Below the pieces are notes generated by a model. That model was not told the DNA's origin. It saw nothing but the letters and a program-made list of their open reading frames with translations, and did no database searches. Shown piece by piece: positions 28,611 through 38,070 of a stretch of 64,000 nt of DNA (within the stretch, counting starts at the first letter, position 1; each line of letters starts with the position of its first letter). The DNA comes from Polyangiaceae bacterium (lineage in GTDB: Bacteria > Myxococcota_A > Polyangia > Polyangiales > Polyangiaceae), in assembly GCA_035063585.1 (NCBI GenBank), contig JAPSGB010000010.1, forward strand, positions 1 through 64,000, written 5' to 3'. The position numbers and the translations under genes are program-made.

Positions 28611-30296
28611 TCACTGAGGTGGCGGCTGCGGGAAGCCCGGGAAGGTCGGGATGGGGATCGCGGGAAAGCCGCTCGGCAGCGCGGTCGGGAATGCGGTGGG
28701 GAGCGCGCTCGGGAACGTAAAGGGGAACGGAGGGGTGTGTCCGCCGTCGGCGCTCACGCCGCCGTCGGCGCCCGCGTCGGGTCTCGACGCGCCGGCGTCG
28801 GGCTTCGGCGTGGGCTTCGGGGTGTGCCCCGGCGCGACCGGCTGCGAGGTGGGCGACGGCGTGATCGGGATGGTGGGCGACGGCGCGATGGTCGGCGCTA
28901 CCGCTGGGCCGCCTTGCGCGGTGATGGTCGTGTTCGGCGCGGTGGCCGCGGTGGTGAGCGGAGGCGGCGCGTCGTCGCTCGCGTTCAGCCGGAGCGCGTA
29001 CGCCGCGAGCACGCCGCCCGCGAGCAACACTCCGAGCAGGAGCGCGACGAGCGCGCCGCCGAGGCGGCTCTTCCTGCGGCGCGGCGCGATCATGCTCGCG
29101 CTCGCGGACGCGTAGGTAGGATACGCGGCGTTCGGTGGTGGCGGCGCGTACGGGGTCGAGCCCGCGCGCTGCGCGTGTTCGAGCGCCTGCATCAGCTCAC
29201 GGGGCGCCTCTTGCGTGGCGCCCTTCGGGCCCGCGAGGACCGGCTCGGGATCGCGTAGCGTGGTGGTCGCGTCGGCCCCGGGGGCGGCGTCGCCGGGGGG
29301 CCAGGTCGGCGCGACGCCCTGCGGGCCGGAGGCGCCGAGCGCGGGCTCGTCCACGGTAGCGCGCGCCAGCGCGCTCGCGTTCGTGTCCGGCGCCAGCGCG
29401 CTCCCCGGCGCGGGCGTGGCTGCGAGGCGGCCCGCGTGGCTGAGCGCGCCGGCGAAGGACGTCAGCGCCAGGCGCATGTCGGCGGCGCTCGCGAAGCGCT
29501 CCTCGGGGCTCGGCGCCATGGCGCGATGCACCAGATCTGCGAGCCCGCGTGGGATGCTCGGATCGAGCGCGTCGGCGCGCGGCACCTGGCCTTGCGTCAC
29601 CTTGGCGATGAGCTGCGACGGGTTCTCTCCGTACGCCGGCCGCTTGCCGGTGAGCATCTCGTAGATGAGCGCGCCGAGCGAGTAGATGTCCGCGCGGTGA
29701 TCGACGCGGTCCGCCGAGTAGAATTGCTCGGGCGCCATGTACTCGGGGGTGCCCATCACCGCGCCGGGTCGAGTGAGCCCCTTCTGGTCGCTCTCCACCT
29801 CACGGAGCTTGGCGATGCCGAAGTCGAGGAGCTTCACCACCGGGCCACCGGGGGAGGGCGTGATGTAGACGTTGTCCGGCTTGAGATCGCGATGCACGAC
29901 GCCGAGCGCGTGCGCGGCCTCGAGCCCGGCGAGCATCTGGAGCCCGAAATCCACCGCCTGATCGACCGGGAGCTTCACGACTCGATCGAGCAGCTCTTGA
30001 AGCGACTCGCCGGAGAGGAGCTCCATCACGAGGTACGGCGAGCCGTCGGTGGTCTGGTCGACATCGGTGACCCGCGTGACGTGCACGCTCTGGATGCTCG
30101 CCGACACGCGCGCCTCTTGAAGGAAGCGGGAGGCGATGCCCGGTCTGCTCGCGAGGTCGCTGTGCAGGAACTTGAGCGCCACCGCCGAGCCGAGCAGCTC
30201 GTGCCGCGCCTCGTACACTGCGCCCATCCCGCCGTCGCCGATCATGCGGACGATGCGGTACTTTCCGCTGATGACGTCGCCGGGGTTCGGTTGCAT
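28611..30296 (-). CDS. Membrane Ser/Thr protein kinase
   Basis: IGDGGMGAVY, VALK, HRDLKPDN, DFG and GTPEYMAPE motifs, one TM segment and a low-complexity tail. Confidence 0.95.
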   Translation of the reverse strand: MQPNPGDVISGKYRIVRMIGDGGMGAVYEARHELLGSAVALKFLHSDLASRPGIASRFLQEARVSASIQSVHVTRVTDVDQTTDGSPYLVMELLSGESLQELLDRVVKLPVDQAVDFGLQMLAGLEAAHALGVVHRDLKPDNVYITPSPGGPVVKLLDFGIAKLREVESDQKGLTRPGAVMGTPEYMAPEQFYSADRVDHRADIYSLGALIYEMLTGKRPAYGENPSQLIAKVTQGQVPRADALDPSIPRGLADLVHRAMAPSPEERFASAADMRLALTSFAGALSHAGRLAATPAPGSALAPDTNASALARATVDEPALGASGPQGVAPTWPPGDAAPGADATTTLRDPEPVLAGPKGATQEAPRELMQALEHAQRAGSTPYAPPPPNAAYPTYASASASMIAPRRRKSRLGGALVALLLGVLLAGGVLAAYALRLNASDDAPPPLTTAATAPNTTITAQGGPAVAPTIAPSPTIPITPSPTSQPVAPGHTPKPTPKPDAGASRPDAGADGGVSADGGHTPPFPFTFPSALPTAFPTALPSGFPAIPIPTFPGFPQPPPQ

Positions 30297-30303
30297 GGAG
30301 CGC

Positions 30304-30888
30304 CTAGCTTCGGCCGTGATCTATCACGCGCGCCTCGGGCGGGACGAATCGCTCGAATTCTCGCTGGAAAATTAGCGAACCCGGCTCGGCGCGGTCGACG
30401 AAGAGCACACCGTCGAGGTGGTCGACCTCGTGCTGCACGATCGCCGCGGGCACCCCTTGCCAGTCGAGCGTGACCGGCTCGCCCCGGCGATCGAGCGCGT
30501 TCACCAGCACGTGTCGTGGTCGCCGCACGCGCCCGCGGAGCCCGCGCACGCTGAGGCAACCCTCGTAGAGCTCGACCGTCTCCTCGGGGGTCGGCCCGGC
30601 GAGTGGATTGACCAGTCTTGCCTCGACGACTGGATTGACCAGTACGAGGAGCGGGAGCGACGGGAAGCTCGGGTAGCGCGGTGTCCCGTTCACCTCGATC
30701 ACGCAGATCCTGTGTGATTCGAACACCTGAGGGGCCGCGATCCCTGCGCCGTCGGCGTCGCGCATGGTCTCGATGAGGTCGTCGATGAGCATCTGCACGC
30801 TCGCCGAAGCGAGCGCGTCGCGTGAGAGCTCCTCCGCGCGCCGTCGGAGCACTGGTTCACCCAGTTGGGCAATCTTGCGAAGCGCCAT
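30304..30888 (-). CDS. def: Peptide deformylase
   Basis: GAGIAAPQ, EGCLS and QHEVDHLDG motifs. Confidence 0.95.
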   Translation of the reverse strand: MALRKIAQLGEPVLRRRAEELSRDALASASVQMLIDDLIETMRDADGAGIAAPQVFESHRICVIEVNGTPRYPSFPSLPLLVLVNPVVEARLVNPLAGPTPEETVELYEGCLSVRGLRGRVRRPRHVLVNALDRRGEPVTLDWQGVPAAIVQHEVDHLDGVLFVDRAEPGSLIFQREFERFVPPEARVIDHGRS

Positions 30889-30966
30889 GCGAGCATGGTA
30901 GCAGCCGCGATCCGAGAGAGGCGATCGATGTCGTCGTCTCCCGCAATTCGAAGGGATAGAAGCGAG

Positions 30967-31965
30967 ATGACGAGATCCACGATCCTCGGCGTCGGCAGCT
31001 ACGTGCCGAACAAGGTCGTCACCAACGACGACCTCGCGAAGATGATGACGACCAGCGACGAGTGGATCCACCAGCGGAGCGGCATCAAGGAGCGCCGCTA
31101 CATCGAGGAGGATGGCATCGGCGCGAGCGATCTCGCGGTGCCCGCCTCGAAGGCGGCGATGAAGCACGCCGGCGTCGCGCCCGAGGAGATCGACGCCATC
31201 ATCTTCGCGACCCTGAGCCCGGACTACACGTTCCCGGGCTCAGGCTGCTTGCTCGGTCACAAACTCGGCATGCCGGGCGTGCCCGCGCTCGACATCCGCA
31301 ACCAGTGCTCCGGCTTCATCTACGGCATGAGCGTCGCGGACGCGTGGGTGCGCGCCGGGATGTACCAGCGCATTCTCCTGGTCGGCGCCGAGGTGCACTC
31401 CACCGGGATCGAGTTTAGCGATCGCGGTCGCGACGTCACCGTGCTCTTCGGCGACGGCGCCGGCGCCGCGGTGATCGGGCCCGCCAAGGACGACGAGCAC
31501 GGTCTGCTCTCCATCGCGCTCCACGCCGACGGGGTGGGCGCCGAAGATCTCTGGCTCGAGTGCCCGGGCTCGAAATACATCCCGCGCCTCACCCCCGAGA
31601 TGATGGAAAGCGGCCGTCACTACCCGAAGATGAAGGGCAAGGCCGTGTTCCGCTGGGCCACCGAGAAGATGCCCGAGGTCGCCCTCGAGGTGATCCGCAA
31701 GGCCGGGCTCGAGGTGAAGGACGTCGATTTGTTCGTCCCGCATCAGGCAAACCAGCGCATCAACCAACTGGTCGCCTGGCGCCTCGAGATGGACGAAGAG
31801 AAGGTCGTCCACAACATCGAGAAGTTCGGCAACACCACCGCCGCCACCATCCCGATGGCGCTCGATCGCGCCTTCAAGGAAGAGCGCGTGAAGCCCGATT
31901 CGAACGTGCTGTTCGCCGCCTTCGGTGCCGGTTACACCTGGGCCGGCGCGGTGATGCGCTTCTGA
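30967..31965 (+). CDS. fabH: 3-oxoacyl-ACP synthase III
   Basis: TSDEWIHQRSGI.ERR, QCSGF (Cys), LFGDGAGA, PHQAN and GNT motifs. Confidence 0.93.
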   Translation: MTRSTILGVGSYVPNKVVTNDDLAKMMTTSDEWIHQRSGIKERRYIEEDGIGASDLAVPASKAAMKHAGVAPEEIDAIIFATLSPDYTFPGSGCLLGHKLGMPGVPALDIRNQCSGFIYGMSVADAWVRAGMYQRILLVGAEVHSTGIEFSDRGRDVTVLFGDGAGAAVIGPAKDDEHGLLSIALHADGVGAEDLWLECPGSKYIPRLTPEMMESGRHYPKMKGKAVFRWATEKMPEVALEVIRKAGLEVKDVDLFVPHQANQRINQLVAWRLEMDEEKVVHNIEKFGNTTAATIPMALDRAFKEERVKPDSNVLFAAFGAGYTWAGAVMRF

Positions 31966-31987
31966 GCGACCGGGGAGAGGCTGGTGG

Positions 31988-32006
31988 GTCGGTCCGGCGC
32001 GGAACC
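31988..32006 (+). repeat. Dispersed 19-bp element, exact copy
   Basis: GTCGGTCCGGCGCGGAACC. Confidence 0.85.
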
Positions 32007-32017
32007 GCGCCGGACCG
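31990..32017. terminator. Perfect hairpin between convergent fabH and the adenosyltransferase gene (palindromic copy of the dispersed repeat)
   Basis: CGGTCCGGCGCGG-AA-CCGCGCCGGACCG; no U-tract. Confidence 0.55.
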
Positions 32018-32020
32018 GCA

Positions 32021-32572
32021 TCATCCCCTCGGAGCCCAGGGGACGTCGGCGACGCCTGCTTCGAAGTTGTCGCGGCGCGCGAGCACGAACAAGAGATCGC
32101 TCAGGCGGTTCAAGTAGATGAGGAGCTCGTCGCGGACGGGGGAGCTTCGCCGCGCCGTCCAGAGCAGCCGCTCGGCGCGCCGGCAGACGGTGCGCGCGTG
32201 GTGGAGCGCGGCGGCGGCGCTGGTGCCACCCGGGAGCACGAAGTTCTTGAGCGGCGGGAGCCCCTGCTCGGCGGCGTCGATGGCGGCTTCGAGGCGCGCG
32301 GCGTCGGCGGCGGTGAGCAGCGGCGAGCCCATTCGCGACTCCTTGCCCGGCACGCACGCCAGTTCGGCGCCGAGCGCGAAGAGGTCGACCTGCACCTCGG
32401 CGAGCACGGCCTCCACCGACGCGCACGGACGGTAGGCGCGCGCGAGGCCGAGCGCGGAGTTGGTCTCGTCGACCGTGCCGTAGGCGTCGACGCGCGCATC
32501 GTCCTTGTCGACGCGCGCCCCGCCGAAGAGGCCGGTCGTGCCGTCGTCCCCGGTGCGGGTGTAGATCTTCAT
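32021..32572 (-). CDS. ATP:cob(I)alamin adenosyltransferase, PduO-type
   Basis: MKIYTRTGDDGTTGL, AYGTVDE.NS, FVLPGG, RTVCRRAER and YLNRLSDLLF motifs. Confidence 0.93.
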   Translation of the reverse strand: MKIYTRTGDDGTTGLFGGARVDKDDARVDAYGTVDETNSALGLARAYRPCASVEAVLAEVQVDLFALGAELACVPGKESRMGSPLLTAADAARLEAAIDAAEQGLPPLKNFVLPGGTSAAAALHHARTVCRRAERLLWTARRSSPVRDELLIYLNRLSDLLFVLARRDNFEAGVADVPWAPRG

Positions 32573-32585
32573 CGATCGCGCCGGC

Positions 32586-33098
32586 TCACGCCGAGAAAAT
32601 CTGGTGGATCTCCCCCTCGATCGAGGCCGGCGCCACCTTCTTCGCGAGCGCGAGCTCCTGGATGAGCAGGCTCCGCGCCTGATCGAGCAGGCGCCGCTCG
32701 CCGAACGAGAGATCCTTGTCGAACTTCAGGCGGTACATGTCACGAAGGACCTTGGCGATCTCCGCCGGGAGACCGCTCTTCAGCATCTCCGTATAGGCGC
32801 GGAAGCGGCGGTTCCAGGGCTGCAGATCGACGGCAACCTCAGGCGCGCGGAGGATGTCGAGGATCTTCTGCGCCTCCCGCTTCTTCATCACCGGCCGGAG
32901 CCCCACCCGGGAGACGGCCTCGGTCGGCACCATCACCTTGAGCCCGGTGTCGATGATCTTCAGCACGTAGCAGGCGCTCGGGCGCCCCCCGAGGTCCTTC
33001 TCCTCCAGCCCACAGACCTCGCCTACGCCGTGCGCGGGATGGACCGCCATGTCGCCGGCCTTGAAGCTGTGGTTGGATCCGTTCACCTGCGATTGCAT
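32586..33098 (-). CDS. carD: CarD/CdnL-family RNA polymerase-binding factor
   Basis: FKAGD.AVHPAHGVGEV, KVMVP, conserved W in PWNRRFR and LSFGERRLL. No HMGA tail, so CdnL-type. GGAGG SD. Confidence 0.9.
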   Translation of the reverse strand: MQSQVNGSNHSFKAGDMAVHPAHGVGEVCGLEEKDLGGRPSACYVLKIIDTGLKVMVPTEAVSRVGLRPVMKKREAQKILDILRAPEVAVDLQPWNRRFRAYTEMLKSGLPAEIAKVLRDMYRLKFDKDLSFGERRLLDQARSLLIQELALAKKVAPASIEGEIHQIFSA

Positions 33099-33218
33099 TC
33101 CGCCTCCCTGAAGGGCCTTCCGCGGGTTAGCAGACGCCTGCTCGGCTGCTGCGCGTGTCGCGGCTCGTTGGCTGTTTCCCCGTTCGTCCTGACGACTGCC
33201 GCGGTGCAGCACGGGCGA

Positions 33219-33248
33219 GGACTAGCACCGATGGGTGGCGCCGGTCAA
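33219..33248 (-). promoter_or_regulatory. Candidate sigma70 promoter for carD/cdnL
   Basis: Minus strand TTGACC-N18-TAGTCC, preceded by TG-N (extended -10). Confidence 0.45.
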
Positions 33249-33298
33249 TCGCTCCGGAGCCGGCCGACGCACCCGAAGTCATTGAATCTACCAGTAAA

Positions 33299-34315
33299 TC
33301 ACGGATTCGTAGGGGCGGCGCTCGGCGGACCTCGGCCGAGCCATTCGGTGACGTTCGCGCCGACCGCGTCGCGGAGCCCCACGGCGAGCGGGCGCGCGGC
33401 GAGCTCGACCCGGAGCTTCAGCGCGTCCCCGCTCACCGACACGATCGGCGCGGCCACCGGGTGATCGAGCCCCGCGAGGTGACCGAGCGAGCCGCTCGCC
33501 AGATCCTCCCAGGTCTGCAGGAGGCGCGCCGTCGCGTCGGGCCCGGCGCGCGCCCAGTCGCCTGCGAGGTAGAGGGTCACCTCGAGCACGCCATCCGGGC
33601 GTGGCACGACGCCCACGCCGACCGCCAGGGCGAGCCCGAGCAGCCCGTGGGCGCCGTCGAGCCACTCGCGATCGAAGGGCCCGGGCGCGTAGAACACGAA
33701 GGGGGCGCGCGCGAGCTCGGGCGGCAGCGTGGAGAGCGCGGCGCCTTCGAGCGCGGGCTTCGAGCGAGCGAGCTTCCGCCGCGCGAACGCCTCGACCACT
33801 CGCACCGGGGTGGGATCCCCGGTGCTCACGGCGACCAGCAGGCCATCGATGTGGACCATCGCCTCGGGGGTGCGCCCGATGACGCCGGAGACGCGATGGA
33901 TGCGCGGGTCCGGAGAGCGCCGCACGGCGCCCGAGACGATGCGCTCGGCGAAGAGCTCCTCGACGGCCACGCTACGGGAGGGCATCGCGGCGACGTAGAG
34001 CGTGCCGTAGTCGAACCCCGCCACCAACGCCGCGGGCGTCCTGCGCAGGTCCACCCCGGTCGAACGCGCGAAGGCGTCGAGCCGCTCGGACGGCACCAGG
34101 AGCTCCACCGCGCGCGCGAGCGCAGCGTCGGCGGCGAGCTCCTTCGGCTTGCCCACCACCATCCAGCGGAGCCCGGCGGCAGGCACGTAGTCGGTGAGCG
34201 GCCCCTCGTGCAGCGCGGGGAGCGGCGCGCCGGCCGTCGCGGCCGCGGGCCTGCGCGTGGTCGCGCCGCCGCAGGCCGCGAGTACGACGAGCAGCGCCGC
34301 CGCCGCGCGCCTCAA
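33299..34315 (-). CDS. Hypothetical lipoprotein
   Basis: TTG start overlaps the tyrS TGA; signal LLVVLAAC. The upstream part of the listed ORF is a shadow of tyrS. Confidence 0.65.
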   Translation of the reverse strand: MRRAAAALLVVLAACGGATTRRPAAATAGAPLPALHEGPLTDYVPAAGLRWMVVGKPKELAADAALARAVELLVPSERLDAFARSTGVDLRRTPAALVAGFDYGTLYVAAMPSRSVAVEELFAERIVSGAVRRSPDPRIHRVSGVIGRTPEAMVHIDGLLVAVSTGDPTPVRVVEAFARRKLARSKPALEGAALSTLPPELARAPFVFYAPGPFDREWLDGAHGLLGLALAVGVGVVPRPDGVLEVTLYLAGDWARAGPDATARLLQTWEDLASGSLGHLAGLDHPVAAPIVSVSGDALKLRVELAARPLAVGLRDAVGANVTEWLGRGPPSAAPTNP

Positions 34316-35532
34316 GCGCGGACCCGGATGTAACAGAAGCGTCGCTTCTTGGAGCCCACGCGCACCAAGTGCCGCTCGCCGCGCGCGAGCTGGTGCTGCG
34401 GGTCCGTGACGCGCGCGCCGTCGAGCTCCACCCCGCCCTGCTCGACGAGACGCCGCCCCTCGCTCGTGCTCGGGACCAGCCCCGCCTCCTTCAGCGCCTT
34501 CGGGAGCCAGAGCGTGGGGCCGTCCGCCGCGAGCTCGAGCTCGGGCGTGTCTTGCGGGACGCCGCTCGCGAGGTACACGCCCTGGAACTCGCGGCGCGCC
34601 GCCTCGGCCGCGCCCGCGTCGTGGAACCGCGCGACCATCTCGGCGGCGAACGCCGCCTTGGCCGCGAGCGGATCGCGCTCCGCTTCGAGCGCGGTGAGCT
34701 CCGCCGCGCTCCTCGAGGAGAGCAGCTCGTAGAACCGCCAGATCACGGCGTCGTCGATTTGCATGCACTTCCGGTACATGTCGAGCGGCGGCTCGGTGAT
34801 GCCGACGTAGTTGTCCGCCGATTTGCTCATCTTCTTGCCGACGATGCGGCCCTCCTCGAGCCGCGCGTCGAGCCCCTCGAGAATGGGCGTGGTCATCACG
34901 ATTTGCGGCCGCTTGCCGAAGCGCTGCATCAAATCGCGACCGACCATCAGGTTGAAGAGCTGGTCGGTGCCGCCGAGCTCGACGTCCGCGTCGAGCGCCA
35001 CCGAGTCGTAGCCCTGGAGGAGCGGGTAGAGCAGCTCGTGCAGGTAGATGTCGCGCTGCGACTCGAAGCGCTCGCGAAAATCCCGCCGCTCGAGCGTGCG
35101 CGCCACGGTACGCTTGGCGGCGAGCTCGATCAGCTGCTCGAGCGAGAGCTTGCCGAGCCACTCGCTGTTATAGCGAACCAGGGTCTTCTCGCGGTCGAGG
35201 ACCTTGAAGGCTTGCTCCTGATAGGTCGCCGCCGCGGACATCACCTGCTCGCGTGTGAGGCGCGGGCGCAGCTCGTTCTGGCCGGTGGGATCGCCGAGGA
35301 GCGCGGTGCTGTCCCCGATGAGGAAGATGACGTGGTGCCCGAGCTCCTGGAATTGACGCATCTTCTGCATCAAGACCGTGTGCCCGAGGTGCAGGTCGGG
35401 CCGCGTCGGGTCGAAGCCCGCCTTCACGCGGAGCGGTCGCCCGGTCGCGAGCCGCGCCTCGAGCTCGTCGCGTTGGTGGAGATCGACGACCCCGCGGGTC
35501 AGCTCCGCGAGCTGTTCACTGGCGCGTGACAC
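34312..35532 (-). CDS. tyrS: Tyrosine--tRNA ligase
   Basis: GFDPT.PDLHLGH, YPLLQGYDS, GGTDQ.FN, KMSKS and a C-terminal S4 domain. Confidence 0.97.
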   Translation of the reverse strand: MSRASEQLAELTRGVVDLHQRDELEARLATGRPLRVKAGFDPTRPDLHLGHTVLMQKMRQFQELGHHVIFLIGDSTALLGDPTGQNELRPRLTREQVMSAAATYQEQAFKVLDREKTLVRYNSEWLGKLSLEQLIELAAKRTVARTLERRDFRERFESQRDIYLHELLYPLLQGYDSVALDADVELGGTDQLFNLMVGRDLMQRFGKRPQIVMTTPILEGLDARLEEGRIVGKKMSKSADNYVGITEPPLDMYRKCMQIDDAVIWRFYELLSSRSAAELTALEAERDPLAAKAAFAAEMVARFHDAGAAEAARREFQGVYLASGVPQDTPELELAADGPTLWLPKALKEAGLVPSTSEGRRLVEQGGVELDGARVTDPQHQLARGERHLVRVGSKKRRFCYIRVRA

Positions 35533-35573
35533 GACCGCCTGCTCCTCTCAATCCCAGCGCCGCGTCGTCGAGC

Positions 35574-35897
<324 letters not shown>

Positions 35898-35919
35898 CCC
35901 TCGCTCCGTGTCCGCCCCG

Positions 35920-35949
35920 ATCATTTCCCCGTAAGGCGTGAATTGTCAA
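35920..35949 (-). promoter_or_regulatory. Candidate sigma70 promoter for the HU/IHF-tyrS unit
   Basis: Minus strand perfect TTGACA, 18 nt spacer, AATGAT. Confidence 0.5.
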
Positions 35950-36054
35950 CGCTTTTTGGGGAACGCACGGGCCCCCCGCGGGAGCGCCGCCCGGCGGTTC
36001 CGCGCCGCAGCGGCAATCCTTGGAAAACAGCAAATATGTAGTGATATCATAATC

Positions 36055-38067
36055 TTATGGTTTCGGGTCGCGGCCGGCGGCGAGGGTCGCCTCCACGCGA
36101 TCGAGGAGCACGGCGCCCCCGCGCCAGTCGACCTCGAGCCGCTGAGAGCCCTGGGCGAGGTCCGCGACGAGCGGCGGAGTCTCGCTGCAGGCTCCGGCCG
36201 AGACGCTCACGGAGCCGGTCCAGCGCCTCCCGCCCGCGGAGAGCGTGAGCTCGCCGCCGATCGGCGCGTCGAGCGGGGCGACGAACGCGCGGAGCTCATA
36301 CCGGCCGCTCCGCGGCGCGTAGAGCTCGAGGGCCACGCGCGCGCGTCCTCGAACGGGGTGGAGCCCGAGCCCGCGCCCGCGCGAGACCGAGCTCGCCGCG
36401 CTGTAGCTGGGGTAGGCGGAGCCCGCCGTGACCGCGAGCGCCGGCCACTCGGCTTCGCTCTCGAACACGAGCGGCGCGGAGCGCGTGAGGGGCGGCGGTA
36501 GGTACGGCTCGATGCTGGGCGTCGCGCGCGACGCGCTCGGGTCGTAGCGGTAGAGGTAGCTCGGCGGACGACCGAGCGAGTCCCAGAGCGCGGCGTCGCG
36601 AGCGTCGTGGCGCGCGCGCGCCACGACCAGCGCGCGCGTGGCGTCGTGCGCGCCCGGCGCGTGCCCGAGGTTGAAGCCGTGATCGGTCTCGACGAACACC
36701 AGGCCGTGCGCGATCCCTCGGGCCGCGAGCGCGCCCGGCTCGAACATGGGCCGGCCTCCTTCTCGCTCGGCGAGCGCGCGGTGCTCGTAGCTGGCGCGGA
36801 GGGCGAAGCCCGCGAGGAGCAGCGGCGCGGTGAACCGCGCGGCGCGAAAGCGAAACATCGCCCACGCGATGAGCGCGTGCTCGAAGGGCAGCGCGTCCGC
36901 GAAGAAGCGCGCGCCGCCGCCGGGGTAGTCGCCGTCGAAATAGAACGGTGCGTAAGCGAGCACGAGCCCGACGACGACGACCGCGGCCCACCGGAGCCTC
37001 GCGACCCGCGCGCTCAGCAAGAGCCCAGCGATGAGCGGCAGCGCGAAGAGCTCGCTGTTACCGGCGTCGATGAGGTGGTGGAAGAGCCGCCGGCCGGTGG
37101 TGCCGGCCGCGGCCGCGAAGTCGTACCCGTCGCGGAGCCGCGCGCGCACGAAATCGCCGTGCTCGTAGAGGCACCCGATCCCGGCGCCGAGCCCGTAGCG
37201 GAAGCAGCCGGGGGGGCCGTCGGACACGGAGTAGTACGCGCGCTGCGTCGAGCCCAGCCACGCGCCGGTGGCGGCGTGCTGATGGAGCGCGAGGAGCGCG
37301 AGGCCGGGCGCGAGCGCGGCCGTGAAGGCGAGGAGCGAGCGGCGCTCGGCGCGCAGGATGGCGAGCGCGACCCCGACACCGATCGCGCCGGTTACCGGGC
37401 GAGTGGCGATGAGCCAGCCCGCGGCGAGCCCCGCGAGCAGCGCCGCGCGGATGCCGGACTGGAGGGCGGCGGTGACGAGCGCCGCGAAGAGGAGCGCGGC
37501 GAGCCCGTGAGACATGGTGTCGGCGGTGTGATAGCGGAGCGCCGCGGAGAGCGCCGACAGGAGCGCGGCGAGGAGCGCGACGTCCCGGCGTCCGGTGAGC
37601 GCCTTCGTGAGGAGGAACGTCATCGCCACGAGCAGCGCGGCGAGCAGCGGTCCCACCGCGAGCGGAGCGCGCCCGAGAAAGCCGAGCGCGAGGAGCGCCG
37701 GATATCCCGGCGGAAATATCACCGCGAGCCGCTCCCCGCCGGGCGTGGAGAGCAGAAACCGCCCGCGAAAGCTCGCGGTCGGCGCGGGCGTCGAGAAGGT
37801 GAGCTCGCCGCGCGAGAGCGCGCGGCCCTCGAGGAAATAGCTGGTCGCGTCGATGATCCGCGGTCCGCCCCGGAGATAGAACGCGACGTAGCCAGCCGAC
37901 AGGAGCGCGGCCGCGAGCGCGAGCAGCGTGACGAGCGCGGGCGCGGGGATCCGCGCGACGAGCCTCGCGAGCGCGCGGCGCTTCGCGAGCGCCGCGGCGA
38001 GCGCGAGCGCCGCCGCCCCGAGCGCCGACCACGCGACCGCGTCAGGGGGGAGGCCGAGATGAGTCAC
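36055..38067 (-). CDS. Multi-pass membrane protein, GT-C (ArnT/PMT-like) glycosyltransferase candidate
   Basis: Early luminal loop IIDATSY...FPPGYPALLA, many TM segments, ATRP and a soluble C-terminal domain. Confidence 0.6.
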   Translation of the reverse strand: MTHLGLPPDAVAWSALGAAALALAAALAKRRALARLVARIPAPALVTLLALAAALLSAGYVAFYLRGGPRIIDATSYFLEGRALSRGELTFSTPAPTASFRGRFLLSTPGGERLAVIFPPGYPALLALGFLGRAPLAVGPLLAALLVAMTFLLTKALTGRRDVALLAALLSALSAALRYHTADTMSHGLAALLFAALVTAALQSGIRAALLAGLAAGWLIATRPVTGAIGVGVALAILRAERRSLLAFTAALAPGLALLALHQHAATGAWLGSTQRAYYSVSDGPPGCFRYGLGAGIGCLYEHGDFVRARLRDGYDFAAAAGTTGRRLFHHLIDAGNSELFALPLIAGLLLSARVARLRWAAVVVVGLVLAYAPFYFDGDYPGGGARFFADALPFEHALIAWAMFRFRAARFTAPLLLAGFALRASYEHRALAEREGGRPMFEPGALAARGIAHGLVFVETDHGFNLGHAPGAHDATRALVVARARHDARDAALWDSLGRPPSYLYRYDPSASRATPSIEPYLPPPLTRSAPLVFESEAEWPALAVTAGSAYPSYSAASSVSRGRGLGLHPVRGRARVALELYAPRSGRYELRAFVAPLDAPIGGELTLSAGGRRWTGSVSVSAGACSETPPLVADLAQGSQRLEVDWRGGAVLLDRVEATLAAGRDPKP

Positions 38068-38070
38068 GAG

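Noticed and set aside
35533..35573. T-box or leader regulation of tyrS
   Set aside because: Only 41 nt separate it from the HU/IHF gene, and there is no T-box motif.
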